Assembly (NCBI GenBank): GCA_964637295.1
Contig: CAZWWE010000003.1
Location: 37,565 to 101,564 of the forward strand
Origin: an uncultured Pseudomonadales bacterium
Lineage (GTDB): Bacteria > Patescibacteriota > Microgenomatia > UBA1400 > PJMF01
DNA length: 64,000 nt
Direction of reading: 5' to 3'
Part shown: piece by piece, positions 9,497 through 19,569 of the stretch
How positions within the stretch are numbered: position 1 is the stretch's first letter
Layout of the letters: each line of letters opens with the position of its first letter
Notes under the pieces: model-generated
Seen by the model: the letters and a program-made list of their open reading frames with translations, nothing else
The model's database searches: none
Told to the model about the DNA's origin: nothing
Program-made: the position numbers and the translations under genes

Positions 9497-10234
9497 TTAG
9501 GCCAGCACAGTTTGGGTTTCATTGGAAACGTAAGTGCCAATTTCTTCACCGCTGATCGCTTTTTCTAGCTGTCCATCGGCAAATAAATTAAAAACCATGA
9601 TCGGCATATCATTTTCTTTACACATGGCTAAAGCCGCTGTGTCCATAATTTGCACTTCGTCCATCTCAATAGCGTCTTTATAGCTCATGGTTTTGAAACG
9701 ACGCGCATCAGGATAAGTCAAAGGGTCTTTATCATAAATCCCGTCGACTTTAGTTGCTTTCATCAAAACATCGCAGTGTAATTCTAAAGCATGTAAGGAA
9801 GCACCAGAATCAGTAGTCACGTAAGGCATGCCGGTTCCAGCCGAGAGAATGACGACTCGACCTTTTTGCATATGACGAATGGCTTTATTACGAATAAATC
9901 CTTCTGCCACGGCTGGCATTTGTAGAGCCGACTGCACGCGCACTGGTACACCGACTTTGTCCAAAGCATCTTGGAGAGCCAAGCCATTCATAACAGTAGC
10001 TAACATCCCCATGTAGTCAGCAGTAGCGCGGTCGATGCCATTTTTGGAGGCGCTTAAGCCTCGAAAAATATTGCCTCCGCCGATGACGATGGCAATTTCT
10101 ACTTCTTTGGCATAAATGCTTTTAATTTTTTCAGCTACCGAGAGCACCGCTTTTGGATCAATGCCGTATTCTCTATCTCCAAGTAAAGATTCGCCACCAA
10201 TTTTCAATAAAATTCTTTTAAATCTTTTTTGCAT
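9497..10234 (-). CDS. pyrH: Uridylate (UMP) kinase
   Basis: KRILLKIGGESL and VIGGGNIFRG are the motifs of the amino-acid-kinase-family UMP kinase. Confidence 0.92.
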   Translation of the reverse strand: MQKRFKRILLKIGGESLLGDREYGIDPKAVLSVAEKIKSIYAKEVEIAIVIGGGNIFRGLSASKNGIDRATADYMGMLATVMNGLALQDALDKVGVPVRVQSALQMPAVAEGFIRNKAIRHMQKGRVVILSAGTGMPYVTTDSGASLHALELHCDVLMKATKVDGIYDKDPLTYPDARRFKTMSYKDAIEMDEVQIMDTAALAMCKENDMPIMVFNLFADGQLEKAISGEEIGTYVSNETQTVLA

Positions 10235-10268
10235 GTTGTCCTTTCTGTGACTATGTTCTGTTCTTTGC

Positions 10269-11339
10269 CTAAAAAAATTTCTTTTTGAGTCTTAAAAATT
10301 TCCAGCGCCAATTTTCTGCCAGAGTATAGATTTTGTACATGGGATAATCATGAATTAAATCGTAACTGCCAATAAATTCTACTAGTTCGCCGCCATAACC
10401 CTTTTTGAAACGGTGAAAGCCATTCCAAGGGCTTTTTGGATCCGGATCAGGTCCCAAAGAACCCCACATATCAAAACTTTTACAACCACTTCTTTTGCCA
10501 AAACGAATAATTTCCCACATCATCAGGTTGCTGGCCATGACTTCGCGATGCAAAGAGCTAGAAGCGCCATAGGGATAATATAAAACGCCGTTGAACACAA
10601 AAACTATCCAAACCACTAAGACCTTGTTTTCATAAATGGCTTTGAAAATATGAGCCATACCGCTATCTTTGAGGCTTTTCCAGAGTTGACGAAAATATGC
10701 TGGAGAATGAGCATAGAAACCTTGTCTTTGTGTGGTTTCTGCCAAAATTTTTAAATAATCTTCTAGACCACGCTCGCTACTGTCTTCAATAATTTTGACG
10801 CCTTTTTTTTCTGCTAGTCTGACGTTGTAGCGTGTTTTGCTGCTTTGCTTATTGAGGAGTTCTTCTTCACTGGCTTGCAGATCGAGTTCAAAAGTGTAGC
10901 GGGTAAAAAGGGCTCTGCCCTCTTCAACTTGATATTTTTCCATTAATTGCACATAAGGATTGGCGCTTGAATCTTGATCCAGGGGCTTTTTTACATTTGG
11001 TTCCATTTTGATGTAAATGGCATTATGTTTTTTGGCTAACTGTTGTAAGGCTGCCATTTGATCATCATCTGGAGGAAAACCTTTGGGAAAATAACCTACT
11101 ACGCGATTGAGCAATGGAATTTTGTGAAAAGTGACTTGTAAAGCTTGGCGCAATTCGCCTTCCACAAAAAATCCTAATCTTTCAACCACAACTCCAGTTT
11201 GCTTTCTAAATTCACCCCACTGGTGAGATTGCAGAGGATGATTGACCACTTGATTAAACAAAGTTTTTTCTTGTGGCAAAATTTCTCTGATCAACATAAG
11301 GTTTTTTCTATTATAGGCGAGTAAGATCACTTTTGCCAA
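10269..11339 (-). CDS. FemAB-family peptidoglycan interpeptide aminoacyltransferase
   Basis: The N-terminal region (...HPLQSHQWGEF...) and overall length are typical of the FemX/FemAB (Methicillin_resis) GNAT-like fold. Confidence 0.7.
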   Translation of the reverse strand: MAKVILLAYNRKNLMLIREILPQEKTLFNQVVNHPLQSHQWGEFRKQTGVVVERLGFFVEGELRQALQVTFHKIPLLNRVVGYFPKGFPPDDDQMAALQQLAKKHNAIYIKMEPNVKKPLDQDSSANPYVQLMEKYQVEEGRALFTRYTFELDLQASEEELLNKQSSKTRYNVRLAEKKGVKIIEDSSERGLEDYLKILAETTQRQGFYAHSPAYFRQLWKSLKDSGMAHIFKAIYENKVLVVWIVFVFNGVLYYPYGASSSLHREVMASNLMMWEIIRFGKRSGCKSFDMWGSLGPDPDPKSPWNGFHRFKKGYGGELVEFIGSYDLIHDYPMYKIYTLAENWRWKFLRLKKKFF

Positions 11340-11341
11340 CT

Positions 11342-13372
11342 TTATTTTTGGAGAAATTCTCTGATATCCAATTCATCGTTGAGTAAAGCTTCCAAACTGT
11401 CTTCATCAATGACCAGGCGCCTTGACTGATTAGGTTTTTTGTTTGTGGTTTTTTTATCTTGATAATAATATTTTTTTTGAGCAGCTGGTTCTTGATATTC
11501 AAAACTACGATTAAATTGCAGTAATTTTTGATCAATTTCACTTAAAAATCGGCTGGGAGAACAATGACTGCTGTAGCCGTAAGTGAAACGAGTCCTCGCA
11601 TAACTAAAATAAAGTTTTTTTTTGGCTCGAGTAATGCCCACATAACACAGACGGCGTTCTTCTTCAATTTCATTACTTTCCAAAATTGCTCGAGAATGAG
11701 GCAATAAACCTTCTTCCATGCCAACCATAAAAACAATGGGAAACTCCAAGCCTTTGACAGAGTGTAAACTCATCATGGTGATTTTATTCTCTAGTTCTTG
11801 CTCTACTTGTTCATTGGCCAAGTAACCATCTTGAACTAAAGCAATGTTTTCTAAAAGCAATAAGGTGTTGTCAAAACGACTGGCGACATTGAATAATTCT
11901 TGAATATTATCTAAGCGCGCCAAGTCATCGGGATCTTTTTGATCATATTTGTCCAAATAAAGAGTGTTTTCAATGATGCCTTGTAAGCAACTACTTGGAT
12001 TTTCTAAAATTTGTCGATCGGTTTTTTCTAGCCATAATAGTAATTTTTCTAGACGTCTTTTGCCAATTTTTTGCGCTCTTTCAAAACTTGGGCTATCGAG
12101 TCGATTAAAACACAGTCGTAAATAAGCTAGTAAATCTTTAATTTCGCTGCGCTCATAAAATTTGGTACCACCTACAATTTTGTAGGGTAATTGTTGGCGC
12201 ATAAAGGCTTCTTCAAAAGCGCGCGATTGAACATTGGTGCGATATAAAATAGCGATTTGATCGAGCTGATCTAAGTATTTTTCCCTGATAATCGAGGCGA
12301 TTTTTTCTGCTTCCAATTCTCCACTGCTATTTTCATAAACTTCTAATTTTTCTTGAGAAGTCTGGTCGGTCCATAATTCTAAAACAGGATGGGATTGATT
12401 GTTGGAAATCACTGAAGTGGCAGCATCCAAAATATTTTGCGTAGAACGATAATTTCTTTCTAGGCGATATTCTTGAATATTGGGAAAGTCGCGACTAAGT
12501 CTTTCTAGATTGCGATAATCTGCTCCTCGCCAAGCATAAATACTTTGTGAAAAATCACCGACCACAAACAAATTATTTTCAGGATTGCTAAAGATTTTAG
12601 TTAAAAAATATTGAACTTGATTAGTATCTTGAAACTCATCAACTAGCACGTGCTCAAATCTCTTTTGATATTTTTGCCTGACAGTTGCATTTTGAAGCAG
12701 TAGTTGATAGCAAATTGCTAGCAAATCATCAAAATCGACCGCGTTTTCATCGCGCAATCTTTTTTGGTAAATTTTGTAAACTTTGGCAGTAAAAAGCTGT
12801 AAACCGTCTTTAGCCATTTCTTTAAAATCAATGGGACTAACTAATTCATTTTTAGCCTGACTAATTTTGGCTCTGACTACCTGTGGCTTGAAAGTATTTG
12901 GATCAAAACCATTAGTTTTATAAATGTTTTTAATGAGACTGAGTTGGTCGTCGCTGTCATAAATAGTAAAATTAGCATTAAGACCAAAATCAGCTAAGTG
13001 GCCGTTGGCGGCTTCAATGCGGAGAATTTTGGCTGATAAACTATGGAAAGTGCCGCCATAAGTTAGATTTTTGCCAGTGTAATCTAAAACTCTTTTTTTC
13101 ATTTCGGCAGCCGCTTTATTGGTAAAAGTTACTAAGAAGATAGCGTTTTCTGCTACTTTTTTTTCTTTAATCAAATAGGCGACGCGAGTCGTCAGCACTC
13201 TGGTTTTACCACTGCCCGCTCCAGCCAAAACAATGGCCGGTCCTTCTTGATGAAGCACAGCTTTTCGTTGTTCTGGATTGAGTTCGTTGAGCAGATTAGC
13301 AATTTCTAGCACGATTGACATATTAGCATAGTTGTCAGTTATTTGTGCTAAATGTGCGGGGTCAACCCACAT
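11342..13372 (-). CDS. uvrD: ATP-dependent DNA helicase, UvrD/PcrA family
   Basis: AGAGSGKTRVLT (Walker A / motif I) with a DEFQD motif II equivalent and typical SF1 helicase spacing. Confidence 0.9.
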   Translation of the reverse strand: MWVDPAHLAQITDNYANMSIVLEIANLLNELNPEQRKAVLHQEGPAIVLAGAGSGKTRVLTTRVAYLIKEKKVAENAIFLVTFTNKAAAEMKKRVLDYTGKNLTYGGTFHSLSAKILRIEAANGHLADFGLNANFTIYDSDDQLSLIKNIYKTNGFDPNTFKPQVVRAKISQAKNELVSPIDFKEMAKDGLQLFTAKVYKIYQKRLRDENAVDFDDLLAICYQLLLQNATVRQKYQKRFEHVLVDEFQDTNQVQYFLTKIFSNPENNLFVVGDFSQSIYAWRGADYRNLERLSRDFPNIQEYRLERNYRSTQNILDAATSVISNNQSHPVLELWTDQTSQEKLEVYENSSGELEAEKIASIIREKYLDQLDQIAILYRTNVQSRAFEEAFMRQQLPYKIVGGTKFYERSEIKDLLAYLRLCFNRLDSPSFERAQKIGKRRLEKLLLWLEKTDRQILENPSSCLQGIIENTLYLDKYDQKDPDDLARLDNIQELFNVASRFDNTLLLLENIALVQDGYLANEQVEQELENKITMMSLHSVKGLEFPIVFMVGMEEGLLPHSRAILESNEIEEERRLCYVGITRAKKKLYFSYARTRFTYGYSSHCSPSRFLSEIDQKLLQFNRSFEYQEPAAQKKYYYQDKKTTNKKPNQSRRLVIDEDSLEALLNDELDIREFLQK

Positions 13373-13411
13373 CCTTGCTAAAAATATTTTTATCTCTAGA
13401 ATAAATCTTGC

Positions 13412-14131
13412 ATGAAAAAGTATATTGTTGCCAACTGGAAGTCCAACAAAACTTTATCCGAAACCACATTTTGGTTGAATAATTTTCCCAATCAGCAAGA
13501 AAGCAAACAGGCTCTAGCCAATTTAGAAATTATTTTGGCTCCTCCCTATCCCTTTTTGTCTTTATGCAAGGCCATTATTGTCGAGCGCCAATTGCCTATC
13601 AAATTGGCGGTTCAAGACTTAAGTGCTTTTGGCCGCGGAGCTTATACGGGTGAAGTTTCAGCCTACAATTTGCAAGACTTATCGATTGACTATGCTCTTG
13701 TGGGTCACAGTGAGAGACGTCGTTTTTTAGCAGAAAGTTCGGCCTTGATTGCTGATAAAATTCATGAAGCCTTGTCTTGGAAAATTAAGCCGATTTTGTG
13801 TTTAGATCAACCATATTTTCTTGAGCAAGCTCAGTTTCTCAGCAGTCAGGCTTTGACAGAATGTTTTTTGGCTTATGAACCGCTCGGTGCGATTGGCAGT
13901 GGTCAAGCTGAGTCGCCAGGAGATATATTAGCTATTCGTCAGCAGTTAACTAGCATCTACGGACACGGGCCGATTTTTTATGGTGGGAGTGTTAATGCAG
14001 ATAATATAGCTGCTTATTTGCGAGTCTGCGAAGGAGTTTTATTGGGAGGAGCTAGTTTAGAATTGCAAAATTTTATTGATTTGTTATATGCCGCTTCAAA
14101 AACATCTGACTTTACTCAAAACAATTTTTAG
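13412..14131 (+). CDS. tpiA: Triosephosphate isomerase
   Basis: N-terminus ANWKSN, the VGHSERR active-site region and a GGS loop. Confidence 0.92.
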   Translation: MKKYIVANWKSNKTLSETTFWLNNFPNQQESKQALANLEIILAPPYPFLSLCKAIIVERQLPIKLAVQDLSAFGRGAYTGEVSAYNLQDLSIDYALVGHSERRRFLAESSALIADKIHEALSWKIKPILCLDQPYFLEQAQFLSSQALTECFLAYEPLGAIGSGQAESPGDILAIRQQLTSIYGHGPIFYGGSVNADNIAAYLRVCEGVLLGGASLELQNFIDLLYAASKTSDFTQNNF

Positions 14132-14149
14132 CATATAGTTTGATTTACA

Positions 14150-15478
14150 ATGACCCTCAAAGAGCTATTAATTTTGCTAAGCTTGTTGTTTTTTGCTCTT
14201 TTCAGCCGTTTATGGCGTTTAGCTGAGCCTGCTTGGATGTATTTTGATGAACCCTACCATCTTCGCGCAGCCAAATTATTGGCTGAGGGTGATTGGCGCA
14301 CTCCTTTTCAAATCCCAAGTACTGCAGCGAGTGCTGATTTTGCGGCCTCAGCTTATGATTGGCTACATCCTCCTCTGGCGAAGTATATTCAAGCAATTTT
14401 TATTTGGCGCTTTGGTCTCAATGCTTGGTCTTGGCGTTTGCCTTCGGTGATTTTTGCTTTGTTGACTTTAGTGGTTTTTTATTTTTTAGTGCGTTTTTTG
14501 GCTTTGCATTTTTTGTTTTCTGCTGCAAAAAAAAATCGCCAAGTCAATCAAGCCAGTAACCTGGCTTTATTGGCTACTTTTTTTCTCGTTCTCGATGGCT
14601 TATTTTTTGTGCAATCAAGAATTGCCATGAATGATGTTTTTGTACTTTTTTTTACGCTCTCTGCGATTTTGGTTTATTTAGATTATCAAGCAAAACATCG
14701 TTTGCTTAGTTTGTTTTTGAGCGGCTTGCTCTTTGGTCTGGCTTTGGCGAGTAAATGGAGTGCTTTTTGGATTTTACTTTTGTTATTTTTCAAAGAACTT
14801 TGGTCTAGCAAAAGTTCGCGCCAGTGGCCTTTTTTGTGTTTCGCCCTGATCTTGACTCCAGCCATGTTTTATTTGTTGCTTTATTTACCGATGTTTATTC
14901 AAGGTCAAGACTTAACTGCTTTTTGGCTTTTACAAAAAACAATTTTGCGCTCACAACTTACTAATCCCGCTACGCATTTATACAGCAGCGAGCCTTTATC
15001 TTGGGTATTTAATTTGCGACCTGTTTGGTATTTTACTAATCAAGCTATATCTGGTGGTAATTGGGTGGCCAACATTTATGCACTCAACAATCCGCTGCTA
15101 ACTTTTTATTCGCTAATTGCTCTCATTTTTATCTGGCAAGAGCTAATTGGCAAAAAAATCACAATTGCACGGCGTCAAACGATGATTTTTTTATTAGCCT
15201 TGTATGGTATTAGTTTTTTACCTTGGCTGTTTTTCTCCAGAATGATGTTTTATTATCATTATTTATTGGCCGTACCTTTTTTAATGATCCTTTTAGCCTA
15301 TGTTTGCCTAGTTTTTTTTAACAGCATTCAAGACCAAACCAAGCGTTTGGCAGTAATTTTTAATGTTCTTTTTTGGCCATTTTTAGTTTTTGTGCTTTTT
15401 TACCCGCATTGGACAGCCTGGCCAGTACCACAATTTTTCGCTCAAAGTCTTTATTTTTTCTTAGCTAGTTGGCGATAA
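14150..15478 (+). CDS. GT-C fold membrane glycosyltransferase, PMT/ArnT-like (GT39/GT83 family)
   Basis: Polytopic, with an N-terminal YFDEPYH first-loop motif that resembles the DE motif of dolichyl/undecaprenyl-phosphate-sugar transferases. It shows paralogue-like similarity to the 49422..50771 protein. Confidence 0.55.
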   Translation: MTLKELLILLSLLFFALFSRLWRLAEPAWMYFDEPYHLRAAKLLAEGDWRTPFQIPSTAASADFAASAYDWLHPPLAKYIQAIFIWRFGLNAWSWRLPSVIFALLTLVVFYFLVRFLALHFLFSAAKKNRQVNQASNLALLATFFLVLDGLFFVQSRIAMNDVFVLFFTLSAILVYLDYQAKHRLLSLFLSGLLFGLALASKWSAFWILLLLFFKELWSSKSSRQWPFLCFALILTPAMFYLLLYLPMFIQGQDLTAFWLLQKTILRSQLTNPATHLYSSEPLSWVFNLRPVWYFTNQAISGGNWVANIYALNNPLLTFYSLIALIFIWQELIGKKITIARRQTMIFLLALYGISFLPWLFFSRMMFYYHYLLAVPFLMILLAYVCLVFFNSIQDQTKRLAVIFNVLFWPFLVFVLFYPHWTAWPVPQFFAQSLYFFLASWR

Positions 15479-15524
15479 TGCCTCTAGACTTCTGCGCTAA
15501 TTATCGTCAACATATTGATTAACT

Positions 15525-16823
15525 ATGAAAATCGCGATTATTGGTGCTGGTTTTGGCGCTTTAGCGGCCAGTTTTGATTTAAGTCAAGATCAGCAGAATC
15601 AAATTGAGGTCATTGATGCGCAAAGTGTGCCTGGTGGCATGGCTAGCGGTTTTGAAAATCAAGCTTGGGACTGGTCTCTTGAAGAACATTATCACCATGT
15701 TTTCACCACTGATCAGGCTTTTAAAGATTTTTTAACAGATTTGCATTTAGCGGATCAATTATTTTTCAAAAAAGTCAAAAGCTCTACTTTATATCAGGGC
15801 CAAATTTTTCAGATTGATTCTCCTTGGTCTTTGCTTCGTTTTTCCAAGATTTCTTTATTTTCTCGATTGCGCACTGGCCTAGTTTTGGCATTTTTAAAAA
15901 TTTTACCCAACGGAGTGCTGTTGGAAAATTTTCAAGCTAGCCACTTTTTAAAGCAAACCATGGGTCAAGAAGCTTGGCAGGTCATTTGGGAACCGCTTTT
16001 CCAGGCTAAGTTTGCTCGTTTTAAAGATCAAATTAATATGGCTTGGTTTTGGGCCAGAGTTCATCCGCGCAGTGCGCAGTTGGGATATGTCAAAGGTGGT
16101 TTTAAAAGATTGGCAGAACTCATTGTGCAACGTTTAAAAAAAGCAGGTGTGCATTTCGAATTTGCTACGCAAGTGCAACAAATTACTGCCGATGAAAATC
16201 AACGATTAACGCTAACTCTACTTAAAGCAAATCATCAGCCAGAAAAACGTTCTTATGACCTGGTGATTTCAACCCTGACAGCGCCAGTTTTTGCTCGCTT
16301 AATTGATTTGCCAGAATTAAAATCAAACAAGCTTCAGGGTTTAGGAGCGATGACCATGCTTTTGCGTTTAAAAAATAAATTGCTTAAAGATGGCACTTAT
16401 TGGCTCAACGTAAACGAGCAAAATTGGCCTTTTGTCGCAGTGGTGGAACATGATAATTACATCAGCAGTGAGCATTATAATCAGGAAAGCTTGGTTTACT
16501 TAGGTCGTTATTTGGAAGCCAGTGATCCTGCTTATCGCAAATCTGTCCAAGAACTGCTCGATGACTATCGACCTTACTTGCAACAACTAAGTCCTACTTT
16601 TAACACTGACCTCAAAGAAGCTTTGCTTTTCAAAACTCCTTTTGCTCAGCCGCTCAGTTTCACCCAACAGAGTCGCTTTTTGCCGAAATTTGAGACCAGT
16701 GTGGCCAACCTATATTGGGTTTGCATGCAACACGTCTATCCTTTTGATCGCGGTATAAATCACGCAATCAAGAGCGCTCGTAAACTTGCTCAACATGTTA
16801 GAATGAAAACTTCTGTCTTATGA
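15525..16823 (+). CDS. FAD/NAD(P)-binding oxidoreductase (amine oxidase / protoporphyrinogen-oxidase-like fold)
   Basis: MKIAIIGAGFGALAA is a Rossmann GxGxxG dinucleotide-binding N-terminus, and the ~430 aa length fits the family. Confidence 0.55.
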   Translation: MKIAIIGAGFGALAASFDLSQDQQNQIEVIDAQSVPGGMASGFENQAWDWSLEEHYHHVFTTDQAFKDFLTDLHLADQLFFKKVKSSTLYQGQIFQIDSPWSLLRFSKISLFSRLRTGLVLAFLKILPNGVLLENFQASHFLKQTMGQEAWQVIWEPLFQAKFARFKDQINMAWFWARVHPRSAQLGYVKGGFKRLAELIVQRLKKAGVHFEFATQVQQITADENQRLTLTLLKANHQPEKRSYDLVISTLTAPVFARLIDLPELKSNKLQGLGAMTMLLRLKNKLLKDGTYWLNVNEQNWPFVAVVEHDNYISSEHYNQESLVYLGRYLEASDPAYRKSVQELLDDYRPYLQQLSPTFNTDLKEALLFKTPFAQPLSFTQQSRFLPKFETSVANLYWVCMQHVYPFDRGINHAIKSARKLAQHVRMKTSVL

Positions 16824-17404
16824 AGCAAACACAAAAAATGATTAGAATTGGTTTCGATCTCGATGGCGTTTTACTAGATAATCCGAGCCGAGTTTTTCGT
16901 AGCCTCATTTCTAGAAGTAAAAAAGCTCACTTGTTTCCGCGTAAAGAATTAGAGTTTTATCATCCCAATTCTGCTTGGGAAAAATTTTTATGGACCATGG
17001 TTCACAAAAGTAGTTTTAAATTAGCCAAGGGTTTTACCCAATTGGAAAGTTTGGCTTTAGAACAAACAAATTTACAAATTTATGTGATCAGTGCGCGTTT
17101 TGCTTGTTTAAAGAAGGACACTTGTCAGTGGCAAAAAATCATTAATCAGAAACACATTTTTCAAGGCATGTATTTTAATGATCAGGACGAACAACCACAT
17201 TTATTTAAAAAAAGAATGGTGCAAGAATTGGCTCTTGATTATTTTGTGGAAGATAATTGGGACGTGGTCAATTATTTAGCCAAAGAACAAGGACAAACGC
17301 AAATTTGGTGGTTAAGTAACTTTCTTGATCGTCAGATTGATTATCCGCACAAATTTTTTTCATTTCAAAGTGTAGTTTCTAAAATTGCAGGCTTTTTGTT
17401 ATAG
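16820..17404 (+). CDS. HAD-superfamily hydrolase-like protein
   Basis: IGFDLDGVLLDN gives HAD motif I (DxDGxL) at the N-terminus. The start overlaps the upstream stop (ATGA). Confidence 0.5.
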   Translation: MKQTQKMIRIGFDLDGVLLDNPSRVFRSLISRSKKAHLFPRKELEFYHPNSAWEKFLWTMVHKSSFKLAKGFTQLESLALEQTNLQIYVISARFACLKKDTCQWQKIINQKHIFQGMYFNDQDEQPHLFKKRMVQELALDYFVEDNWDVVNYLAKEQGQTQIWWLSNFLDRQIDYPHKFFSFQSVVSKIAGFLL

Positions 17405-17412
17405 TAGAAAGC

Positions 17413-19560
17413 ATGATTTGGGGTGATTTAGCTTATTTGCTTGTGACTTATGCGAGCTTATTTTTATTACAACTAATTGCCTTGCCTTTGATTTTTTACT
17501 TGTCAAATAGATTCAGTATGCTCAAAGATGCGGCTTGGGGTTTTGGTCGCATCATTACTCTTTTGTGTTTAGCTTTTTTAAGTTGGCAATTAGCTTTTTT
17601 GCAAATTCCCATTAATAGCGATGCTGGCGTGTTACTGTTATTGATGTTATTTTTACTGATTTCTTTGTACAGTACTTCTCGTTTTTTAAAATCACGTCCG
17701 CATTTTTGGCGATCTTTTTGGCAAAAATTTAAGTCTGTCATTATTGTTGAAGAAAGCATTTTTCTCTTGGCTTTTTTGTTTTTATTTGTGATGAGAAGTT
17801 TTCAGCCAGAAATTTTGGGCTTGGAAAAATTTATGGACGCTGGTTTTATTCAGGCTTATCTCAAGTCGCCTACTCTGCCAGCGAAAGACATTTGGTTCGC
17901 GCTTGAAAACATCAATTATTATAGTTTTGGTCATTTTTATAACGCCATTCTGGTTCATTTGTGGCGAATTGATCTGGCTTATGCCTACAACTTATTGCTC
18001 ATGACGCTTTTTGCGATTTTTGTGATTGAAATTTTTTCCCTAGTTTATAATTTAACCAGTAATCTGTTGGTTAAGCCATTTTTTATTGGTTCCGAAAAGC
18101 GTGTCACACAAATTGCCAAAACTGCCGCCGTTTTGGCGATTTTTTTAGTAGCCTTAGGAGCGAACGGACATCCACTTTGGTATTTTTGGCAGCACGGCAG
18201 CATGGAAGCTTATTGGTACCCAGATGCCACTCGCTTTATTACGCACACTATTCATGAATTTCCAGCCTACAGTTTTGTGGTCAGTGATTTGCACGCTCAC
18301 GTTTTATCTTTGCCTATCAGCTTACTACTTCTTTTGAGTATTTTTTTGTGGGCTCAAGAATTATGGCGCACTAAGGTTTGCCCTAAATTTTTGTCACTCA
18401 GCATTGGTTTTATTTTTGGAATTTTGACCATGACTAATACTTGGGACATTATGGTTTATGGGGTTTTATTGATTATTTTAGCGGTTTTATTATTAGTCAA
18501 AAATCCCAAAGTTTTTTTTCCTTTATTTTTGAGCGCTTTATTAATTGGCTTGATGACTGTCGGCACATCTTTTTTTTGGCTCAGTCACTTTGTGCCTATT
18601 TCCAGTAATTTGCTTTTGACAACCGAGCAAACTCCGTTTTGGCAATTAGCCATGTTGTGGGGATCACATTTATTGTGGGCGCTTGCTTTCATGTTTTTCC
18701 TCAAACCATTATTTTATCGCTCTGATCAATTAGCTCCGCTGGCTTTTTTATTATTAGCCATTTTTGCGCTTTGTCTGTTTTTGTTTGTTTTTCCAGAATT
18801 TTTTTATTTCAAAGATATCTACAAAACTTATCCCAGAGCTAACACGATGTTTAAGTTGGTTTTTCAAGCCTTTATGCTATTAAATTTGCTAGTGAGCATG
18901 TTTTTTAGTTTGCTGCTTTTTCCCAAAGAAAAGCAAAAAAGTATTTTTGCTTGGCGTTTATTAGATTTACGAGCTTTTTTACCGCGCACTCATCAATCGT
19001 GGTTTTGGTTGAAAACTAAGCTGCGCCGATTTTTATTCCTCTATCTGCCCATGGCAGTGTTTTTGTTTTTTGCCACACTGGTTTATCCTTACCAAGCTTA
19101 CAAAAGTTATTACGGTCAATGGCGTAATTATCGAGGATTAGATGGTTTAGCTTGGTTTGCCGAGCGTTATCCAGAGGATTTTTTAATTCTTGATTATCTA
19201 AAAAAACATGAAAACAAACAAGTTAACATTCTTGAGGCTGTGGGCGAGTCTTACACTGAATTTGCTAGAATTTCAGCTTTTTCCGGTCTACCCACCGTTT
19301 TGGGTTGGCGTGTGCACGAATGGTTGTGGCGAGCAACTTGGGATAAACCAGCCCAAAGAACAAAAGAAGTAGAAAAAATTTATTTAACACCCACCAGCAC
19401 CGAGGCACAAAAATATTTGCAAACATATCAAGTGAAATACGTGGTGCTTGGCTCTAAAGAATTTGAAGCTTATCCAGAGCTTGATCTTGCCGGCTTACTA
19501 AGCTTAGGCGAAACAGTCTTAGCTGTGAACAATCACTACTTGATCAAACTCTTTGACTAA
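17413..19560 (+). CDS. Large integral membrane protein, DUF2298 / YYY-domain-like (GT-C-like superfamily)
   Basis: 715 aa with about 14 or more transmembrane helices. EFPAYSFVVSDLHAHVLSLP resembles the conserved FP.FSF..DLHaH motif of DUF2298 proteins. Confidence 0.45.
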   Translation: MIWGDLAYLLVTYASLFLLQLIALPLIFYLSNRFSMLKDAAWGFGRIITLLCLAFLSWQLAFLQIPINSDAGVLLLLMLFLLISLYSTSRFLKSRPHFWRSFWQKFKSVIIVEESIFLLAFLFLFVMRSFQPEILGLEKFMDAGFIQAYLKSPTLPAKDIWFALENINYYSFGHFYNAILVHLWRIDLAYAYNLLLMTLFAIFVIEIFSLVYNLTSNLLVKPFFIGSEKRVTQIAKTAAVLAIFLVALGANGHPLWYFWQHGSMEAYWYPDATRFITHTIHEFPAYSFVVSDLHAHVLSLPISLLLLLSIFLWAQELWRTKVCPKFLSLSIGFIFGILTMTNTWDIMVYGVLLIILAVLLLVKNPKVFFPLFLSALLIGLMTVGTSFFWLSHFVPISSNLLLTTEQTPFWQLAMLWGSHLLWALAFMFFLKPLFYRSDQLAPLAFLLLAIFALCLFLFVFPEFFYFKDIYKTYPRANTMFKLVFQAFMLLNLLVSMFFSLLLFPKEKQKSIFAWRLLDLRAFLPRTHQSWFWLKTKLRRFLFLYLPMAVFLFFATLVYPYQAYKSYYGQWRNYRGLDGLAWFAERYPEDFLILDYLKKHENKQVNILEAVGESYTEFARISAFSGLPTVLGWRVHEWLWRATWDKPAQRTKEVEKIYLTPTSTEAQKYLQTYQVKYVVLGSKEFEAYPELDLAGLLSLGETVLAVNNHYLIKLFD

Positions 19561-19569
19561 TGATTTCTG

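Noticed and set aside
11311-11736. Small ORFs 11311..11541 and 11542..11736, with similar out-of-frame or antisense ORFs inside pheT, pheS, uvrA, lon and others (e.g. 1035..1343, 3610..3936, 42983..43273, 44259..44645)
   Set aside because: They are fully embedded in long, well-supported genes in other frames. They have no motifs and their composition is AT-rich, so they are spurious.
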